Positions 59,746 to 64,000 of a stretch of DNA of 64,000 bases are shown piece by piece. Source of the stretch: an uncultured Desulfovibrionaceae bacterium (GTDB lineage: Bacteria; Bacillota; Dethiobacteria; DTU022; UBA8154); assembly GCA_964567295.1 (NCBI GenBank), contig CAZMLU010000001.1:8606-72605 (forward strand). Reading direction: 5' to 3'. A program made the translations under genes and the position numbers. The notes beneath the pieces were generated by a model. It was not told the origin of the DNA, did not search any database, and was given only the letters and a program-made list of their open reading frames with translations. Each line of letters begins with the position of its first letter. Position 1 is the first letter of the stretch.

Positions 59746-61418
59746 CCCTTCTCACCCCCGATCATTTCTACGATGGAGGTGTTGGGAGCTACCATGGGAA
59801 GAACATTTTCTTCCGGGTCCACTACAAAATCAATAACCACGGGGCCAGGGGTTTGTAGCGCGGTTTCTATGGTGGAGGAAGTCTCTGCCGGTGTCTCTAC
59901 ACGCAAGCCGGTGGCGCCATAAGCCTCAGCCAACCTAACAAAGTCGGGACTGCCGGACATGGAAGTCTGGGAATATCGTCCCTCGTAGAAAAATTTCTGC
60001 CACTGCCGCACCATCCCCAAGTACTGATTATTTATAACAGCAACTTTAACAGGTAGATTGTAGTGAACTGCAGTGGCTAACTCCTGGGAATTCATTTGTA
60101 TGCTCCCGTCTCCGGCAAAACAGATAACCAGGTGGTCAGGATGGGCCACCTGAGCACCCAGCGCAGCAGGAAGCCCAAAACCCATTGTTCCCAATCCTCC
60201 TGATGATAACAAGGTGCGAGGATATTTAAAACGATAATACTGAGCTACCCACATCTGGTGCTGACCTACATCTGTAGTTACAATGGCTTCCCCTTCTGTC
60301 AGGCGAGAGAATTCTTCGATAACATACTGGGGCTTGAGCAAAGAAGAGTTCCGCTCATAATACAGGGGGTGCCTCCTTTTCCACTCCTGGACTTTTTCGC
60401 ACCACTGCGCCGTATCCCCGGGTTTTAAATGCCTTAAAAATTCCTTCAGTACCAGTTCAACGTCTCCTACTATAGGAATATCTACCATGACATTCTTGCC
60501 TATCTCCGCCGGATCGATGTCGACATGAATAACCCGCGCGCCCGGTGCAAAAGTATCAAGGCGCCCCGTCACCCTGTCATCAAACCGGGCACCGATTGTA
60601 ATAAGTAGATCGGTTTCATTTATAGCGTGGTTAGCAGCATATGTTCCGTGCATTCCAGGCATGCCTAGAAAAAGTGGGAAGTCGGAAGGGATACTTCCCA
60701 ATCCGGTCAGGGTGGTTGTGACCGGGATGGAGCCTTTACGGGAAAGCTCCAGCAGCTCCTCATGAGCATTAGAACTAATCACCCCTCCTCCGGCGTAAAG
60801 AAGAGGAGCTTTGGCTTTTCTGATAGCGGCAACTGCCCGGGTAATCTGCTTCATATGCCCGCCATAAGTGGGCCGATAACTGGGCATTTCTACCTTATCA
60901 GGATAATTAAAGTCTCCCTGTGCCACCTGAATATCCTTGGGAAGGTCTATCAGGACAGGTCCTTTACGTCCGGTCCCTGCGATATGAAATGCTTCCTTAA
61001 AAACATGAGGCAGCTCTCCCACTTCTTTTACCAGGTAGCTGTGCTTGGTAATGGGAAGAGTTATCCCCGTGATATCAGCCTCCTGGAAGGCATCTGTGCC
61101 GATATAAGCAGTAGCAACCTGGCCGGTAATAAACACCATAGGGATAGAATCCATGTAGGCGGTAGCAATGCCGGTAACCAGGTTCGTGGCACCGGGACCG
61201 GAGGTGGCAAAAACCACCCCTGTTTTTCCTGTGGTCCTTGCATAACCATCCGCTGCGTGCGCAGCTCCCTGTTCATGACGCGTCAGTATATGTCTAAAAC
61301 CGCTCTTATATATCTCGTCATAAAGGGTCAAAACGGCACCTCCCGGGAAGCCAAAAACAACCTCAACTTCTTCCGCTTCCAGAGCTGCCAAAACCATTTG
61401 GGCACCAGTAAGTTCCAT
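59742..61418 (-). CDS. ilvB: Acetolactate synthase large subunit
   Basis: 558 aa; ThDP-binding motifs (GDGS ... N) and an FAD-binding middle domain. Confidence 0.9.
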   Translation of the reverse strand: MELTGAQMVLAALEAEEVEVVFGFPGGAVLTLYDEIYKSGFRHILTRHEQGAAHAADGYARTTGKTGVVFATSGPGATNLVTGIATAYMDSIPMVFITGQVATAYIGTDAFQEADITGITLPITKHSYLVKEVGELPHVFKEAFHIAGTGRKGPVLIDLPKDIQVAQGDFNYPDKVEMPSYRPTYGGHMKQITRAVAAIRKAKAPLLYAGGGVISSNAHEELLELSRKGSIPVTTTLTGLGSIPSDFPLFLGMPGMHGTYAANHAINETDLLITIGARFDDRVTGRLDTFAPGARVIHVDIDPAEIGKNVMVDIPIVGDVELVLKEFLRHLKPGDTAQWCEKVQEWKRRHPLYYERNSSLLKPQYVIEEFSRLTEGEAIVTTDVGQHQMWVAQYYRFKYPRTLLSSGGLGTMGFGLPAALGAQVAHPDHLVICFAGDGSIQMNSQELATAVHYNLPVKVAVINNQYLGMVRQWQKFFYEGRYSQTSMSGSPDFVRLAEAYGATGLRVETPAETSSTIETALQTPGPVVIDFVVDPEENVLPMVAPNTSIVEMIGGEKG

Positions 61419-61420
61419 TG

Positions 61421-63124
61421 TTATTCTCCCTCCTCGGCCTGCAGCGCCTCCAAGACAGCTCCCCTGCCCGCTGAGGTAACCATAGAAGCATAACGCAACA
61501 GGTAACCCTCACGCACTTTCAAAGGAGGCAGAGCAAGCTCTTTTTCTCGTTTTTGCCATTCTTCTTCGGAAATAAGAAGATCCAACCTTTTGCCCGGTAT
61601 ATCAATTTTTATAGTGTCGCCTTCCTGTACCAGAGCCAGCGGGCCCTTTTCCATGGCTTCAGGAGATATATGGCCAATAGCAGCTCCCCTAGTGGCACCG
61701 GAAAAACGACCATCTGTAATAAGCGCCACTTCTTTATCCAACCCCATGCCGGCCACTGCAGAGGTTGGGGCCAACATTTCCCGCATACCAGGACCTCCCT
61801 TGGGTCCTTCAAAACGGATGACGATCACATCACCCGGAACAATCTTCCCTTCCAACACTGCAGCTACGGCCTCTTCTTCCTGATCAAAGACCCTCGCCCG
61901 GAGAGTACGGTTAGACATCTCCGGAGCAACAGCACCCTGCTTTACGACCGCTCCACCGGGAGCAAGATTGCCGAATAGAATGGCCAGCCCTCCCTCCTCG
62001 CGGTAGGGGTCCTTTAAGAGGCTTACCACCGTACCCTCTGCTTCTGAAGCAAAAGCAATATTAGAAGATACTTTTTCCGCCGTAACGGTAAGTAGATCTC
62101 CATCTATAAGTTCGCCGCGAAGCAGTTCTTTCATCACCGTCCCGATTCCCCCTACCCGATCCAGATCTTCGATATGATGTGAACCTCCCGGACTGAGCGA
62201 ACAGAGCTGAGGAGTGCGGGAGCTGATAGTATTTATCTCTTCCAACTCCCAGCGGATCCCAAGTTCATGGGCAATAGCAGGAAGATGGAGAACGGTATTG
62301 GTGGAACACCCCAGTGCCATATCCACTGCCAGGGAATTGCGGAAAGCCTTGGAGGTCATAATCTGGGAAGGGAGGATATCTTTTTCCCATAGCTCCAATA
62401 CTTTCATACCTGCCTCCCTGGCAAGCCTGAGGCGGTGGGCATAAACAGCGGGAACAGTACCGTTCCCGGGCAAAGCCATTCCCAACGCTTCGGTCATGCA
62501 ATTCATGGAATTAGCAGTAAACATGCCGGCACAGGAGCCGCATCCCGGACAGGCAGAAAGCTCCAACTGCTCCAGTTCTTTTTCTGTCATACGCCCCGCC
62601 TTAACGGCACCCACCCCTTCGAAAACACTGCTCAGGTCCACTTTTTTCCCCTGGAATTCTCCTGCTAACATAGGCCCTCCACTGACAAAAATTGAGGGAA
62701 GGTCCAACCTGCCAGCAGCCATGAGCATGCCAGGTACAATTTTGTCGCAATTGGGGATAAAAACCAGGGCGTCAAACCTGTGAGCCTGTACCATGGCTTC
62801 TACGGAGTCGGCTACCAACTCCCTGCTGGCCAGTGAATATTTCATTCCGGAGTGGCCCATCGCAATTCCGTCACATATGCCTATGGTATTAAACTCCAAG
62901 GGGAGCCCGCCAGCCTCATAAATTCCTGCTTTTACTGCTGCCGCTATTTTATCCAGGTGCACATGCCCTGGAATAATCTCGTTTGCAGAATTCACAACGC
63001 CGATAAGAGGTTTTTTCAGCTCTGCAGGGTGGTACCCCATAGCGAAAAAAAGCGAACGATGCGGTGCCCTTTCCACTCCTGTTTTAACTGAATCGCTGCG
63101 CATAATGGTTCCTCCTTTTTTCAA
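61421..63124 (-). CDS. ilvD: Dihydroxy-acid dehydratase
   Basis: 567 aa; the ILVD/EDD family (CDGIAMGH ... CPGCGSC). The start may be the Met at 63103. Confidence 0.9.
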   Translation of the reverse strand: MKKGGTIMRSDSVKTGVERAPHRSLFFAMGYHPAELKKPLIGVVNSANEIIPGHVHLDKIAAAVKAGIYEAGGLPLEFNTIGICDGIAMGHSGMKYSLASRELVADSVEAMVQAHRFDALVFIPNCDKIVPGMLMAAGRLDLPSIFVSGGPMLAGEFQGKKVDLSSVFEGVGAVKAGRMTEKELEQLELSACPGCGSCAGMFTANSMNCMTEALGMALPGNGTVPAVYAHRLRLAREAGMKVLELWEKDILPSQIMTSKAFRNSLAVDMALGCSTNTVLHLPAIAHELGIRWELEEINTISSRTPQLCSLSPGGSHHIEDLDRVGGIGTVMKELLRGELIDGDLLTVTAEKVSSNIAFASEAEGTVVSLLKDPYREEGGLAILFGNLAPGGAVVKQGAVAPEMSNRTLRARVFDQEEEAVAAVLEGKIVPGDVIVIRFEGPKGGPGMREMLAPTSAVAGMGLDKEVALITDGRFSGATRGAAIGHISPEAMEKGPLALVQEGDTIKIDIPGKRLDLLISEEEWQKREKELALPPLKVREGYLLRYASMVTSAGRGAVLEALQAEEGE

Positions 63125-63999
63125 TATACTCCGGTTCCGTTATTCTGAGCATAGTCATGAAATTTTTCCATTAATTTTTTCGTTACGGAGCCTGGAACTC
63201 CTTCACCGATCTCTCTTCTGTCGATGGAGATAACAGGGATAAGTTCAGCGGCAGTGCCGGTCATAAAACATTCTTGAGCGATAAAAAGATCATGCCTTGT
63301 AAATGGAGTTTCTTTAACTACCATTCCTTCTTCTCGTGCCAGGGCAAGAACCACGTTCCTGGTGATGCCCTCCAGTATCCCGAGATAAGTGGGCGGAGTC
63401 AACAGTTCCCCCTTTTTGTTCACGATAAAGACGTTGGAGCCGGAACCCTCAACCACGTAACCTTCTGAATTAAGCATGATGGCTTCCATAGCCCCTGATT
63501 GGGCTGCCTCAATTTTCACCAGGATGTTATTTAGGTAGTTGAGTGATTTTATGCGAGGTTCCAAGGTATCTGAAATGCGCTGGCGTGTAACCGCAGTAAT
63601 GATCTCTAATCCATGATCATAATATTCCTGTGGAAAAAGGGAGATCTTATCAGCAATTATAACCACTGTGGCCTTCGGACATTTTCGCGGGTCTAGTCCT
63701 AAATCCCCCGGACCACGTGAAACCACAATCCTTATGTAAGCGTCTCTAAGCTGATTCAAGCGGAGCGTTTCCAGGGTAGCTTCTTCCATTTCCTTTAAAG
63801 ATAAGGGGATTTCCAGCAAAATATGCCTGGCGGATTCATAAAGCCTTTCCAGGTGCTCCTGAAGCTTAAAAACACGTCCGTTATAGGCCCTTATCCCTTC
63901 GAAAACACCATCACCATAAAGATATCCATGATCGAAAACAGATACTTTGGCATCCTCTTTGGGTACATAGTGGCCGTCAAGATAAATTTGAATGCTCAT
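63121..63999 (-). CDS. ilvE: Branched-chain amino acid aminotransferase (class IV)
   Basis: 292 aa; the fold-type IV PLP enzyme motifs ([11 protein letters not shown] ... the ET.SN region). Confidence 0.85.
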   Translation of the reverse strand: MSIQIYLDGHYVPKEDAKVSVFDHGYLYGDGVFEGIRAYNGRVFKLQEHLERLYESARHILLEIPLSLKEMEEATLETLRLNQLRDAYIRIVVSRGPGDLGLDPRKCPKATVVIIADKISLFPQEYYDHGLEIITAVTRQRISDTLEPRIKSLNYLNNILVKIEAAQSGAMEAIMLNSEGYVVEGSGSNVFIVNKKGELLTPPTYLGILEGITRNVVLALAREEGMVVKETPFTRHDLFIAQECFMTGTAAELIPVISIDRREIGEGVPGSVTKKLMEKFHDYAQNNGTGVY

Positions 64000-64000
64000 A

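Overview
This window is a 64 kb chromosomal segment from what looks like an anaerobic, endospore-forming Firmicute of the Clostridia type (moderate GC). Almost every gene lies on the minus strand.

What I can support from the sequence, in order along the window:
- Cell-wall polysaccharide genes: a CsaB-like pyruvyl transferase, a UDP-GlcNAc 2-epimerase and a TagO/WecA-like transferase, followed by an MreB/Mbl gene.
- The origin-proximal block dnaX, ybaB and recR, with a Bacillus-type long SRP RNA and a tRNA-Ser upstream. A PIN-domain gene sits between the SRP RNA and dnaX.
- A tRNA-rich mosaic stretch from about 9.4 to 18.7 kb. It holds an HD 5'-nucleotidase, a cold-shock protein, a P1B metal ATPase with an ArsR/SmtB repressor and a divergent secreted repeat protein, an AT-rich PUA/EVE-like orphan gene, a missed selenoprotein glutaredoxin with an in-frame TGA, tadA, and five tRNA genes (four Ser, one Arg).
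- A tungsten-type aldehyde:ferredoxin oxidoreductase.
- A six-gene corrinoid-dependent methyltransferase operon. It has two non-pyrrolysine MttB-family quaternary-amine methyltransferases, two corrinoid proteins and a methyl-THF methyltransferase, and it unusually embeds an EgtD-like SAM-dependent methyltransferase. An orphan proA and a GCS2-type carboxylate-amine ligase follow.
- Housekeeping and carbon-storage genes: serS, argS, a GerMN beta-propeller lipoprotein, a two-component pair, a family-4 uracil-DNA glycosylase, a large GH13-GH77 fusion next to a glgBCDA-glgP glycogen operon, an MFS transporter, pdxST, ddl, an EF-G paralogue and an ilvE-ilvD-ilvBN-leuCD block.

I saw no CRISPR arrays, transposases or rRNA genes. 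The most unusual items are the Sec-containing glutaredoxin-like gene and the methyltransferase operon with its SAM-methyltransferase insert.
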